This document shows positions 9,042 to 18,284 of a DNA stretch of 32,000 nt, one piece after another. The notes under the pieces are model-generated. The model was not told the origin of the DNA, ran no database searches, and was given only the letters and a program-made list of their open reading frames with translations. Origin of the DNA: an uncultured Gammaproteobacteria bacterium (lineage in GTDB: Bacteria > Patescibacteriota > Patescibacteriia > UBA2591 > UBA6264); NCBI GenBank assembly GCA_964507075.1, contig CAZDOL010000001.1, forward strand, positions 43,201-75,200, in the 5' to 3' direction. The translations under genes were made by a program, and so were the position numbers. Position 1 is the stretch's first letter; every line of letters begins with the position of its first letter.

Positions 9042-10157
9042 TTATTTATAAATTCTTGGTATGTCTGAGTTAATCTTAGTAACTACCTCATAATTAATAG
9101 TTCCTATTTTTTTTGCTATATCATCTGCGCTAATAATGCGATTATTTTGCTTACCAATTAAAACTGCTTCATCCCCTGCTTTAACTTTAGCCACACGAGA
9201 AACATCAACCATAATTAAATTCATACAGACACGCCCCCTAATTGGACAAGAAATTCCGCGGATTAATACTGAACCACAATTAGAAAGACGACGATCATAA
9301 CCATCAGCATAGCCAACGGGCAAAACAGCCAACTTGGTTTTAGAACGAGTTATAAAAGTGCAATCATAACCTATGGAAACTCCTGCTGGTAAAGATTTAA
9401 CCTGAATTATTCTTGTTTTCCAAGATAAAACTGGTTGCAAATTAATTGAAAAAGATTTTTTATTGGCCATTCTTTGAGTGTCTTTTGATGGCCATAAGCC
9501 ATAAAGACCAATCCCTACTCTAACCATATTAAAAAAGGTGTGAGGATTGTTAATAATTGTCGCTGAACAAGCAGCATGAGCTAATGGTATTTGCCTTTGG
9601 TCAATAATTTTTAGAAATTTTTGAGTTTGTTGATTGGTATAGGATTGATTTTTAGATTCTGAATCAGCATAATGCGTAAAAATCCCTTGTAAATTTAAAT
9701 GCTTAAATTTTTTAATTTTTTTTATAAAATCATCGGCTTGTTCTGGCAAAACTCCAATCCTGCTAGCGCCAGTATCAATCTTGACATGAATATTAACAAT
9801 TTTATTTACTTTTTGTCCTTCTTGGGCCAGAAAACTGGCTTGAGACAAAGTATAAACTGGAAAATCAATATTTTGACGAATTGCCTCTTTCACATCAGAA
9901 GAAAGAGGATAATAACTCAAAATAAAAATAGGGGCCCTAATCTTGGCTTGACGCAATAGTAACGCTTCTTTTAGGTTAACTACCCCCAACCAATCAGCCC
10001 CTGCCGATAAGCAAAATTTTGCCACCGCTAACATACCATGACCATAAGCATTTGATTTTACTATGGCCATAATTTGTCTTTGCGACCCAACTATTTTCCG
10101 AAATTGTTTTAAATTATTTTGAAGACACGATTTTCTAACTTCAATCCAAGTTAACAT
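9042..10157 (-). CDS. alr: Alanine racemase
   Basis: PLP-lysine motif VKSNAYGHG, GIGLYG, and the C-terminal beta domain with YEVVTKI. Confidence 0.9.
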   Translation of the reverse strand: MLTWIEVRKSCLQNNLKQFRKIVGSQRQIMAIVKSNAYGHGMLAVAKFCLSAGADWLGVVNLKEALLLRQAKIRAPIFILSYYPLSSDVKEAIRQNIDFPVYTLSQASFLAQEGQKVNKIVNIHVKIDTGASRIGVLPEQADDFIKKIKKFKHLNLQGIFTHYADSESKNQSYTNQQTQKFLKIIDQRQIPLAHAACSATIINNPHTFFNMVRVGIGLYGLWPSKDTQRMANKKSFSINLQPVLSWKTRIIQVKSLPAGVSIGYDCTFITRSKTKLAVLPVGYADGYDRRLSNCGSVLIRGISCPIRGRVCMNLIMVDVSRVAKVKAGDEAVLIGKQNNRIISADDIAKKIGTINYEVVTKINSDIPRIYK

Positions 10158-10174
10158 AGGAATATCAAATTGAC

Positions 10175-11635
10175 TTATTTCTTTGGTTTTAAAATTGGAA
10201 ACAAAATAACCTCTCTAATGTTCTGAGTATTGGTCAGAATATTGACCAATCTATCAATCCCTATTCCTTCTCCAGCTGTTGGGGGCATACCATATTTTAA
10301 GGCAGTTATAAAATCTTGATCAGAGCTCTGCGCTTCTTCGTCTCCCTGTTCTCGTAACCGACTTTGGTCTTGAAACCTTGTTTGCTGATCTAAAGGATCG
10401 TTTAATTCAGAAAAGGCATTACATATCTCCATCCCTTTAACCAACAATTGAAATCTCTCCACATAGTTAGGACGATCTGGAATTTTCTTGGCTAAAGGAG
10501 ATAATTCCAATGGATGATTGATTATAAAAGTGGGCTGAACAATTTTAGACAAAACAAATTCTTTATATAATTCATCTAATATTTTGCCCCTACCCCAAGT
10601 TTTATCTATTTTTATGCCTAAAGATTTTACTTGAAATGTTAAATCTTTAATTTCCTTATACTCATCAATGTCAATCTTTGTTTCTTTAATTATGGCTTGT
10701 CGAAAATCTAAACAAGGATAAGGTGGCTTAAAATTAATAACTTGCCCTTGACATTCTATCTTTAAATCAGAAAAACCTAAATTTTTCAACAAAAAAACCA
10801 TTAATTCTTCGGTCAAAAGCATTAAATCATTGTAATCGGCATAAGATTGATAAAATTCTATTTGAGTAAATTCAGGGTTATGGGTCCTATCTAATCCTTC
10901 ATTACGAAAACAGCGAGCAATTTCATATACTCTTTCTATGCCACCAATAATCAACCTTTTTAAATAAAGCTCGGGAGCAATTCTTAAATAAAGCTCAGTA
11001 TTTAGGGCTTGATGATGAGTTATAAAAGGTTTAGCTGTAGCTCCTCCAGCTAAGGTTTGTAAAATGGGTGTTTCTACTTCCAAAAAATGCCTATGATCAA
11101 AAAATTCTCTAATTAGTTTAATTATTTTACTGCGAACAGCAAAAATTTTGCGCACTTCAGGATTAGAAATTAAATCTAAATAACGTTTCCTGAATCTAGT
11201 TTCAATATTTGATAAGCCATGCCATTTTTCAGGCAAGGGCAAAAGTGATTTACATAAAAGCAAATAAGCTTCCGTCCTAAGAGTGTTCTCTCCCTTTTTG
11301 GTTTGAAAAAGTTTCCCTTTAATTTGCAAAAAATCACCAATATCAATATTCTCTACAAAAAAATTATAATCCTTTTGCCCTAATTCATCTTGATTTAAAA
11401 AAAATTGAAATCGACCCGAAGAATCTTCTAAATTAGCAAAACAAGCCTTACCGTGCAATCTTAAAAGAACTAAACGGCCCGTCAAAATTACCCTTTTGCC
11501 AGCTTTTTCTATTTGATTAAAATTAGAATCTGCTTCTTGACAAGTATGAGTACGCTTTCCCTTAGAAGGATAAGGATTGACACCTTGCTGAATAATATTT
11601 TTTATTTTCTTTATCCTGTCGGATTCAATGCTCAT
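10175..11635 (-). CDS. lysS: Lysine--tRNA ligase (class II)
   Basis: N-terminal OB anticodon-binding region, then FLEVETPILQ, LRIAPELYLKRLIIGG, YEIARCFRNEG and GEGIGIDRL. Confidence 0.95.
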   Translation of the reverse strand: MSIESDRIKKIKNIIQQGVNPYPSKGKRTHTCQEADSNFNQIEKAGKRVILTGRLVLLRLHGKACFANLEDSSGRFQFFLNQDELGQKDYNFFVENIDIGDFLQIKGKLFQTKKGENTLRTEAYLLLCKSLLPLPEKWHGLSNIETRFRKRYLDLISNPEVRKIFAVRSKIIKLIREFFDHRHFLEVETPILQTLAGGATAKPFITHHQALNTELYLRIAPELYLKRLIIGGIERVYEIARCFRNEGLDRTHNPEFTQIEFYQSYADYNDLMLLTEELMVFLLKNLGFSDLKIECQGQVINFKPPYPCLDFRQAIIKETKIDIDEYKEIKDLTFQVKSLGIKIDKTWGRGKILDELYKEFVLSKIVQPTFIINHPLELSPLAKKIPDRPNYVERFQLLVKGMEICNAFSELNDPLDQQTRFQDQSRLREQGDEEAQSSDQDFITALKYGMPPTAGEGIGIDRLVNILTNTQNIREVILFPILKPKK

Positions 11636-11706
11636 AAAATTAATATTCTTAAAAAATGTCCTAAATTAAGTTTAACATTTATAAAAAAAGAAACAAGAAA
11701 TTAAAT

Positions 11707-11867
11707 TAGACCTATTGTATAATAAATTACGTAACGAAATTTTCAGATTTTGAGGCAAATTTTCAAAACAATTTTTGAGGTTTAGCCTAGCTAAGCTAAA
11801 AAAAATTTTGGGGAATTTGGCCAAAATATGTAAATTGCAGTAGTAAAATTATTATGCAATAGGTCTA
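11707..11867. repeat. 161-bp intergenic element bounded by a 19-bp inverted repeat (MITE-like or structured RNA)
   Basis: TAGACCTATTGTATAATAA (11707-11725) pairs with TTATTATGCAATAGGTCTA (11849-11867), with one T/G position. It fills the lysS-greA spacer. Confidence 0.4.
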
Positions 11868-12326
11868 TTATACAATCTGGACAATTTTAATATCTATAAT
11901 TCCCGCAGGGGCTTGTAATTTAACCTGTTTATTTTTTTTCTGACCAATTAATGCCTTGCCTAATGGAGACTCGCAAGAAATACAGCCCTGGCTTGGGTCT
12001 GCTTCGTTACTCCCTACAATCAAATATTCTTTAACCTGCAAATTAATTTCCAAAACTACTTTAGAGCCCACTGAAACCACTTCTCTGCTTATTTTATCTT
12101 GATCAATAATTTTAGCCTCTTTTAATAATTTTTCTAAACTTTTTACTTTCATCTCAGCAAGCGCTTGCTCTTCTTTGGCAATTTCAAATTCAGCGTTTTC
12201 AGACAAATCACCCATTTCAATAGCTAAACTAATCCTCTTAATAATTTGAGGAATTTTAACTATTTTCAAAAATTCTAATTTTTCTAAAATTTTTTCTTTT
12301 CCTTTGGGTGTTAAAAATTCAGTCAT
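11868..12326 (-). CDS. greA: Transcription elongation factor GreA
   Basis: LTPKGKEKILEKLEFLK coiled-coil N-domain and the C-terminal SPLGKALIGQKKN motif. ATG at 12326 is preferred because the upstream 13 codons overlap a terminator hairpin. Confidence 0.9.
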   Translation of the reverse strand: MTEFLTPKGKEKILEKLEFLKIVKIPQIIKRISLAIEMGDLSENAEFEIAKEEQALAEMKVKSLEKLLKEAKIIDQDKISREVVSVGSKVVLEINLQVKEYLIVGSNEADPSQGCISCESPLGKALIGQKKNKQVKLQAPAGIIDIKIVQIV

Positions 12327-12348
12327 AAATAAATAATTAAAGAGAAAC

Positions 12349-12383
12349 AAAAAAACGACTCCCAATGAAAGGTGTTAATTGGG
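12349..12383 (-). terminator. Putative intrinsic terminator
   Basis: On the minus strand, CCCAAU-(11 nt)-AUUGGG is followed by AGUCGUUUUUUUG. It lies downstream of the small ORF ending at 12462. Confidence 0.45.
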
Positions 12384-12461
12384 TTATATGAAAATAACTA
12401 ATTGTGAGCAAAGCGAATAACAAGGTTCTGACGAGCGAAGCGAGGAATGGTTCTTATAAAT

Positions 12462-12785
12462 TTACTTCTGAAGTGAGAATTTTATATCATCTGGAATAGG
12501 TATTTCTTGCTTTTTGCTCACCCCTGGATAACGCCAGGCCGTAATAATCTTTACTTTCTTACCTTCTATTAATTGATACATTAGCCATATCTCCGTTGGG
12601 CGCTTACAAGAACCAACAGTATTCATAATGGCTATAGTGGTTGGAGCAATGCCTTCTTCGCGCCGTTCATGCTTATAAAATAACTTTCTTAATTTTTGTT
12701 CTGAAAGGCCATAATGTTTCATTTTTTCTATAGCATGTTTGGTCCAAACAAAATGTTGATCATTCTGTGGATATTTAAAAAACAT
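12462..12785 (-). CDS. Hypothetical small protein (weak DUF4258-like resemblance)
   Basis: The ORF is trimmed to M38 (MFFKYPQ...) because the upstream part overlaps the ftsA C-terminus. WTKHAIEKMKHYGLSE loosely resembles DUF4258-type small proteins. Not confidently recognised. Confidence 0.45.
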   Translation of the reverse strand: MFFKYPQNDQHFVWTKHAIEKMKHYGLSEQKLRKLFYKHERREEGIAPTTIAIMNTVGSCKRPTEIWLMYQLIEGKKVKIITAWRYPGVSKKQEIPIPDDIKFSLQK

Positions 12786-12793
12786 AAACGATC

Positions 12794-14035
12794 TTAATAT
12801 GAAAATAGATTCTTGAACAAACTCTTTAATCCTTTGCCCTGAGAAGAAAAAACACTTCCTCTTGTTTCTTTTTGACTTGGGCGCTTCATGCCCCAAATAA
12901 CCAAGCCCACAGCTGTAGCAAAACTAATATCTAATGCCTTATTATTGCCGCTAACAAAACCGCGAGAAGAACCCAAGGAAGAAGGAACTTTAAAAATACT
13001 TTTAGCTACATCGGTCAAACCTTCCAGTTTAGATCCAGCACCAGTTAAAACAATCCCTGCTGGCAATTTTCCCCTGCGTCCTATACTAACTAATTCTTCG
13101 TCAATAAGTTTAAACATTTTTTCGCACCGTCCCCTAATAATTTTGGAAACTTCTTTTTTGGAGGCCGACCCTCTCTCTCTTTGGTCTAAACTTGCAAAAT
13201 CGATTTTTTCGGTTTTAATCATACTAAGTGGCAAAGCTGTTCCATAATTAACCTTAATCATCTCTGCCAAATCTATTGGCACCCTTAATCCAATTGCCAC
13301 GTCAGTGGTAATATAACGGGAACCAAGTGGAATAATTTTAACGCTTAAAATGTTCCCTTCTTCAAATACAGCAATATTAGTAGTAGTATTACCGATATTC
13401 ACTAATAAAACTCCTAATTCTTTCTGCCTTTTGTCCAACACTGCTTCGGCCGTAGCTAAAGGATTAACAACCAACTCATTAATTTTAACGCCAGTCCGAG
13501 CAAAACATTTAGTTAAATTTTTAATTTGATTGGTTAAACCCAAAATAACTTGCGCGTCTACTTCCAAACGAGTTCCAGTCATGCCAACTGGATCAATAAT
13601 GCCTGGTTGATTGTCAATGGAAAAACTGCGTGGCAAAATATGCAAAATTTCATAATTAGCAGGAGTGGCTACTGTCTGTGCAGCTTCTAAAACCCTACCC
13701 ACGTCATCATCTTTGACTGCTCCGTCCGCCCTAGCAACTGATATTACTCCTCTGCTCTCCTGAGAAACTATATGAGTTCCAGAAACTCCTACAAAAATAT
13801 CCTGAACTGGCAAACCAATAACTTTTTCAATCTGTTCTAAACAAGCAGAAATACTGGAAACAGCATCTTCAATGTTGGTAATTTCCCCTTTGCTAATTCC
13901 TTCAGAGTGAGTTTCAGCTACTCCAATTATATCTAAAATTCCTTCTGAGCGAACTTGACCTACGGCTATTCTAATATAATTTGATCCTAAGTCTATTCCA
14001 CTAATAATTTTTTGCCTGTTACGTACCATAAACAA
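12794..14035 (-). CDS. ftsA: Cell division protein FtsA
   Basis: Actin-like ATPase motifs (GIDLGSNYIRIAV, VGVSGTHI, LVNIGNTTTNIAVF, VLTGAGSKLEGL). The start could instead be the nearby M3. Confidence 0.9.
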   Translation of the reverse strand: MFMVRNRQKIISGIDLGSNYIRIAVGQVRSEGILDIIGVAETHSEGISKGEITNIEDAVSSISACLEQIEKVIGLPVQDIFVGVSGTHIVSQESRGVISVARADGAVKDDDVGRVLEAAQTVATPANYEILHILPRSFSIDNQPGIIDPVGMTGTRLEVDAQVILGLTNQIKNLTKCFARTGVKINELVVNPLATAEAVLDKRQKELGVLLVNIGNTTTNIAVFEEGNILSVKIIPLGSRYITTDVAIGLRVPIDLAEMIKVNYGTALPLSMIKTEKIDFASLDQRERGSASKKEVSKIIRGRCEKMFKLIDEELVSIGRRGKLPAGIVLTGAGSKLEGLTDVAKSIFKVPSSLGSSRGFVSGNNKALDISFATAVGLVIWGMKRPSQKETRGSVFSSQGKGLKSLFKNLFSY

Positions 14036-14420
14036 AATTTAAAATTTTTTCTGCATTCTGTTGCATCAATAATGCCTGTTTCTTTATTTTATGACTGTAT
14101 CCCAAAATATGAAGAAAACCATGCACTAATAAAATGGATAATTCCTTTTTTCTGCTGTGCCCCTGGGTTTTAGCTTGATTTATTAACCGAGGCCAACAAA
14201 TAATAATTTCAGCCGGATCTTCAAAAGACAAAACATCTGTTATTTTGTTTTCTTTCCGATATTTCCTGTTCCATTTTTTTATTTCTGAATTACCAACCAA
14301 GGCTACAGACAAAACATCTATATTCTTGCTTTTAATTATATCAGCCGATTCTAACAGGATATCTTTAATCCATTTCTTATTAATAGGAGCAGAAACAACA
14401 TTATTGACTTCAATTAGCAT
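14019..14420 (-). CDS. ybeY: Endoribonuclease YbeY (rRNA maturation)
   Basis: Zinc motif HGFLHILGYSH and upstream TDVLSF. Confidence 0.9.
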   Translation of the reverse strand: MLIEVNNVVSAPINKKWIKDILLESADIIKSKNIDVLSVALVGNSEIKKWNRKYRKENKITDVLSFEDPAEIIICWPRLINQAKTQGHSRKKELSILLVHGFLHILGYSHKIKKQALLMQQNAEKILNFVYGT

Positions 14421-14426
14421 AAACGA

Positions 14427-14633
14427 TTACTCTCCTAAAGAGGTTAAGGGCTCTACAATTATGGCTTGATTGGGACAATTCTCTTCTGCTAATTTATTGC
14501 AACCCAAAATTTCAACCGAAGATTTCAAAACTATTGCTTTTCCATCCTCGCCCATTTCATAATTGGCAGGGCAAACAGCGCTACAGGCGCCACACCCAAT
14601 GCATTTGTCCTTGGTTAAAAGAATCTTGAACAT
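14427..14633 (-). CDS. Small 4Fe-4S ferredoxin
   Basis: CIGCGACSAVCP cluster motif plus a distal Cys-Pro (ENCPNQAI). Confidence 0.8.
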   Translation of the reverse strand: MFKILLTKDKCIGCGACSAVCPANYEMGEDGKAIVLKSSVEILGCNKLAEENCPNQAIIVEPLTSLGE

Positions 14634-14645
14634 ATTTTTTCTGAA

Positions 14646-14915
14646 TTATTTCTTGCCTTTTCCCCCTTTTTCCTCTTTTGTGTCCTTAAAGACCTTTTTT
14701 ATATCTTGAGCGCCATCCCGAACTTCATCTTTCATCTCTTTAATCTCATGAGCTGCTTTTTTGGCAATATCTAAAAATTTATCTTTAGCTTTTCCTATCT
14801 TTTCTTTTAATTCGCCCCTAGTTTTTGTTCCAGATTCTTTAGCGAAAAGCAATCCTAAAATAGCGCCAAAAATACTGCCCAAAAAGCCGGCTTTAAAAAT
14901 TTTTTTAATAGACAT
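14646..14915 (-). CDS. YtxH domain-containing protein
   Basis: N-terminal GFLGSIFGAILGLLFA helix followed by a charged Lys/Glu-rich helical region. Confidence 0.65.
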   Translation of the reverse strand: MSIKKIFKAGFLGSIFGAILGLLFAKESGTKTRGELKEKIGKAKDKFLDIAKKAAHEIKEMKDEVRDGAQDIKKVFKDTKEEKGGKGKK

Positions 14916-14926
14916 AAAATTTAAAA

Positions 14927-15796
14927 TTAATTTAATTTATTATCCTTTAATTTTAACACTTTTGGATTATTTAATAAAGAAGGATACAAATATTTTTTCT
15001 TTTTATTCTTTTTTATTTTATCCCAACCAGAAAGAATAACAACTGCTTCCGAAGCCACTAAACCTAATTTCTTTTCATCCTCCTCTTTTACGACAAATTT
15101 ATCTTTATCTTCTGAAAAACTATCTACTATTAAACAAATAGCTCCAGCTCGCAAATTATAAAGACTGGCCAATGTTAAGATTGGGGCAACTTCCATTTCA
15201 ATATTGCTAACTTTTGCCATTTGTAGCTTAGAAATAAGTTCCTTGCTTTCTGGGTTAGAATAACCTCCGAATCCTTCACGTCCTTCTCCTACATAAAAAG
15301 AATCTTGACTAGCAGTTAATCCTAAATGATATTTAATATCTAACTTCTCGCAGGCCTCAATTAAGGCCAACACTACTTCATAATTAGCCAAAGCAGGATA
15401 TTCTAAAAAAATATAATCTTGGCTAACACCTTCTAATCTAACTGCGCCCGTAGAAATTACAAAATCTCCTAATTGAATCTCTGGCTGCAAAGCACCAGCT
15501 GTTCCCACGCGAATAAATGTATCTGCCCCCAAACGAGCAGCTTCTTCTATGGCAATTGTGGCTGAAGAGCCTCCAATCCCAGTTGAAAGACAAGAAATAT
15601 CCACTCCCTTAAATTTGCCTCTCATAGAAAAAAATTCCCTATTTTCTGCTACTTTTTTCTTTCTATCCCAAACTTGGGCAATTTTATTAACCCTTTGGGG
15701 GTCGCCTGGTAAGAGAAGATAATTAGCTAAATCACCAGCTCCACAACCAATATGATATTGTTTTTTTTTCTTGGAACTTATTTTTTTTAATGGCAT
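14927..15796 (-). CDS. Nucleoside phosphorylase, PNP/UDP family 1 (uridine phosphorylase-like)
   Basis: LLPGDPQRV, STGIGGSSATIAIEE, FIRVGTAGAL and SNIEMEV. Confidence 0.8.
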   Translation of the reverse strand: MPLKKISSKKKKQYHIGCGAGDLANYLLLPGDPQRVNKIAQVWDRKKKVAENREFFSMRGKFKGVDISCLSTGIGGSSATIAIEEAARLGADTFIRVGTAGALQPEIQLGDFVISTGAVRLEGVSQDYIFLEYPALANYEVVLALIEACEKLDIKYHLGLTASQDSFYVGEGREGFGGYSNPESKELISKLQMAKVSNIEMEVAPILTLASLYNLRAGAICLIVDSFSEDKDKFVVKEEDEKKLGLVASEAVVILSGWDKIKKNKKKKYLYPSLLNNPKVLKLKDNKLN

Positions 15797-15845
15797 ATAT
15801 AATATTTTACTATTATTCTTTTAATTTGTTAAGAGCTTATTAATT

Positions 15846-17339
15846 CTATTTCAATCTCTTTTTAAGCTCTTTAACTAACTTAGTAACATCAACTTTTTCC
15901 TGGTTGCCTGTTTTCATGTCGCGAATAATAATAGTTTTGTCTTTGGTTTCTTGCTGGCCCAAAATTAAAGTCAATTTAACGCCCATTTCATCTGCTATTT
16001 TCATTTGTGATTTTAGGCTAGTTTTAGCCAAATTCTCAGCTATTTTAATTCCCTGTTTCTGTAAATCATTAAAAATCCTTAAGGCCTGACGCGCAGCTGA
16101 TTCTCCAATTTGAGCAAAGAAAACCTGCGGGCCTTGGCTCAGAGATACTCTCACTCTCTGAATTTTAATTTCATTAATAATTCTCTCCAAGCCGTAAGAT
16201 ACTCCGGTCCCCGGAGTTTCACGCCCACCTAAACTTTCTATCAAAGGATCATATCTCCCTCCCCCGCCTAAAGCTGTTTGGCTTGAATTTGAATCTTCTT
16301 CGCCCTCAGAAACAGCTGGCCATAATTCAAAAACTGTTCTGGTGTAATAATCTAAACCTCTAACTAAATAAGGATTTAAAGTATAAACCACATTTGCTTC
16401 GTCTAAACATTCTAAAACTTTAGTAAAATGATTTTTGCAATTTGGGCATAAAAAATTAATTAATTGCGGAGCTTGACGCGTGATTTCTTGACATTGAGGC
16501 ACCTTACAATCTAAAACCCTTAATGGATTTTTGCTTAAACGCTTTTGGCAATCTGGACAAAGCGTTCTGCTCCTAGAGCGTAAATACTTTTTTAATTCCT
16601 CTCGATATGTAGTTCTACAATTCAGACAACCCAAACTATTAATTTGAATATTAATTTGAAGTCCTAAATCCTGAAAAAGTGTTTGAGAAAATAGAATAAT
16701 TTCCGCATCAATTAAAGGACTTTCTGATCCTAAAACCTCAAGCCCAAATTGATAAAATTGACGAAAACGGCCAGCCTGCGGGCGTTCATAACGGAATACC
16801 GGTCCATAGTAAAAAAATTTCAAGGGCTGGGGAAGATTAAACATCCCATGTTCAATATATGCTCGCGCGACAGAAGGGGTAAATTCTGGTCGTAAAACCA
16901 CTTTTTTTCCGCTGCGATCTGTAAATTGATACATCTGTTTCTCTACTATATCTGTAGCTATTCCTGTTGATTTCTCAAATAAAGCCCTTTCTTCTAGAAT
17001 AGGAGTAATTATCTCTTGAAAGCCATAAGCTTTGGATAATTTGACTAATTTTTTTATCAAATATTCCCTAACTATTTGGTCTTCAGGCAAAATGTCTTTC
17101 ATGCCACGCAAAAGCTTGGGAGTATATCTAGACCTACTAACTTCAATCGCTTCTGTTTTCTTGTTTATAACTTTTAGTTTTGAAATTTTCTTCTTGCTGA
17201 TTTTTGCTTTAATAACTTTTGCCAACTTAATCTTCTTGGCCCCAACAATAACTCGTTTCTTTTTAGGCTTTACTTTACGCTTTATTAAAGCCTTTTTAGA
17301 ACTCTTTGGCTTCTTTTTGGGATTTTTTAATTTTGCCAT
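15846..17339 (-). CDS. hisS: Histidine--tRNA ligase with ~79-aa Lys-rich N-terminal extension
   Basis: LRGMKDILPED, LRPEFT, FRYERPQAGRFRQFYQFGLEV, NPLRVLDCK, GGGRYD and a C-terminal anticodon-binding domain. The extension is an uninterrupted in-frame ORF in AT-rich DNA. Confidence 0.9.
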   Translation of the reverse strand: MAKLKNPKKKPKSSKKALIKRKVKPKKKRVIVGAKKIKLAKVIKAKISKKKISKLKVINKKTEAIEVSRSRYTPKLLRGMKDILPEDQIVREYLIKKLVKLSKAYGFQEIITPILEERALFEKSTGIATDIVEKQMYQFTDRSGKKVVLRPEFTPSVARAYIEHGMFNLPQPLKFFYYGPVFRYERPQAGRFRQFYQFGLEVLGSESPLIDAEIILFSQTLFQDLGLQINIQINSLGCLNCRTTYREELKKYLRSRSRTLCPDCQKRLSKNPLRVLDCKVPQCQEITRQAPQLINFLCPNCKNHFTKVLECLDEANVVYTLNPYLVRGLDYYTRTVFELWPAVSEGEEDSNSSQTALGGGGRYDPLIESLGGRETPGTGVSYGLERIINEIKIQRVRVSLSQGPQVFFAQIGESAARQALRIFNDLQKQGIKIAENLAKTSLKSQMKIADEMGVKLTLILGQQETKDKTIIIRDMKTGNQEKVDVTKLVKELKKRLK

Positions 17340-17377
17340 ATATTATACATTAAATTTATATTCTAATGTTCTAATGA

Positions 17378-17947
17378 TTAAAATACTGGAGTTTCAATTA
17401 ATCCGAATCTATCAAAAGGCCAACCCCTTAAACTGGCTCGACCAACTATTCTATTTTCTTTAACTGCTCCAAAAGATCTTGAATCCAAACTCATGCTCCT
17501 GTTATCTCCCAAAACATAGTATTCGTCGTTTTCTAATTGAATTTCTATTTTGCCTGGAGTGGCTAATCCTGGAGCTAAATAATCCCCTTCGTTCAATTTT
17601 TCTCCTTTAAGAAATTCTGAATTAGTAATATAAATCTCGCCTTTTTCTATAGAAATTTTTTCACCTGGCAAACCAATAATTCTTTTAATTAGGTAATCCT
17701 TGTCATTTGCCGGTGGATGGAAAATAATCACATGTCCTCTTTCTGGCGCATTCAAACGATAATTAATCTTTCCAACTATTAAATAATCTTTATCATAAAA
17801 ATTCGGCTCCATAGAAGGCCCAATAACATAAAAGGGCTGAAAAATAAAATAATGAATGGGCCAAACTATCACAAAAGCAATAATTGCTAATTTAATTATA
17901 TCAAAAACAAATAACAGGAAAAATGGAACTTTTCTTTTAATTTTCAT
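17378..17947 (-). CDS. lepB: Signal peptidase I
   Basis: N-terminal TM segment, catalytic GPSMEPNF, IKRIIGLPGE and GDNRSMSLDSR. Confidence 0.9.
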   Translation of the reverse strand: MKIKRKVPFFLLFVFDIIKLAIIAFVIVWPIHYFIFQPFYVIGPSMEPNFYDKDYLIVGKINYRLNAPERGHVIIFHPPANDKDYLIKRIIGLPGEKISIEKGEIYITNSEFLKGEKLNEGDYLAPGLATPGKIEIQLENDEYYVLGDNRSMSLDSRSFGAVKENRIVGRASLRGWPFDRFGLIETPVF

Positions 17948-18278
17948 CTTTTTTTTCTTTTAGACTTATGCTCCTAACTATTTTAGCAATTCGGGTATCC
18001 ATAATATGTAAACGAACAGTAAAATAAAAAATAAAATAAAAAATAGCCGCCAAAGAAAAATAAACCACTACATCTGCGCCTCTGCCGACCCCCAGAAAAC
18101 GAGCTAGATAATCAGTAGCTTCGGGATAAATTACTATTGTGCTAGCTATTAACCAAAAAAAGAGCCAAATTAAAAAATTAGTAACTCTAATCTGTTGATT
18201 CTTTAATCTCCTCCCTAAACGAATAAAAATTATTAAAACAAAAAGTAAAAATAATATTTTAAATAAAATCATAGTCAA
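17937..18278 (-). CDS. DUF2304-like small membrane protein
   Basis: Three to four TM helices, located immediately downstream of a GT2 gene as is usual for this family. Recognition is from memory of family architecture only. Confidence 0.55.
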   Translation of the reverse strand: MTMILFKILFLLFVLIIFIRLGRRLKNQQIRVTNFLIWLFFWLIASTIVIYPEATDYLARFLGVGRGADVVVYFSLAAIFYFIFYFTVRLHIMDTRIAKIVRSISLKEKKDEN

Positions 18279-18284
18279 AAAAAA

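Noticed and set aside
12428-12450. Hammerhead-like CUGACGAG...GAGGAA string
   Set aside because: The would-be stem II is only GC-GAA-GC, the GAAA element is not intact, and no flanking stems I/III or cleavage triplet could be drawn.
12786-12896. Long N-terminal extensions in the ORF track (12462-12896, 11868-12365, 25359-26840, 1781-2755)
   Set aside because: The extensions overlap a neighbouring gene's C-terminus, a terminator hairpin or an inverted-repeat arm. Internal ATGs give canonical N-termini: a signal peptide, the P-loop spacing and the GreA N-terminus.
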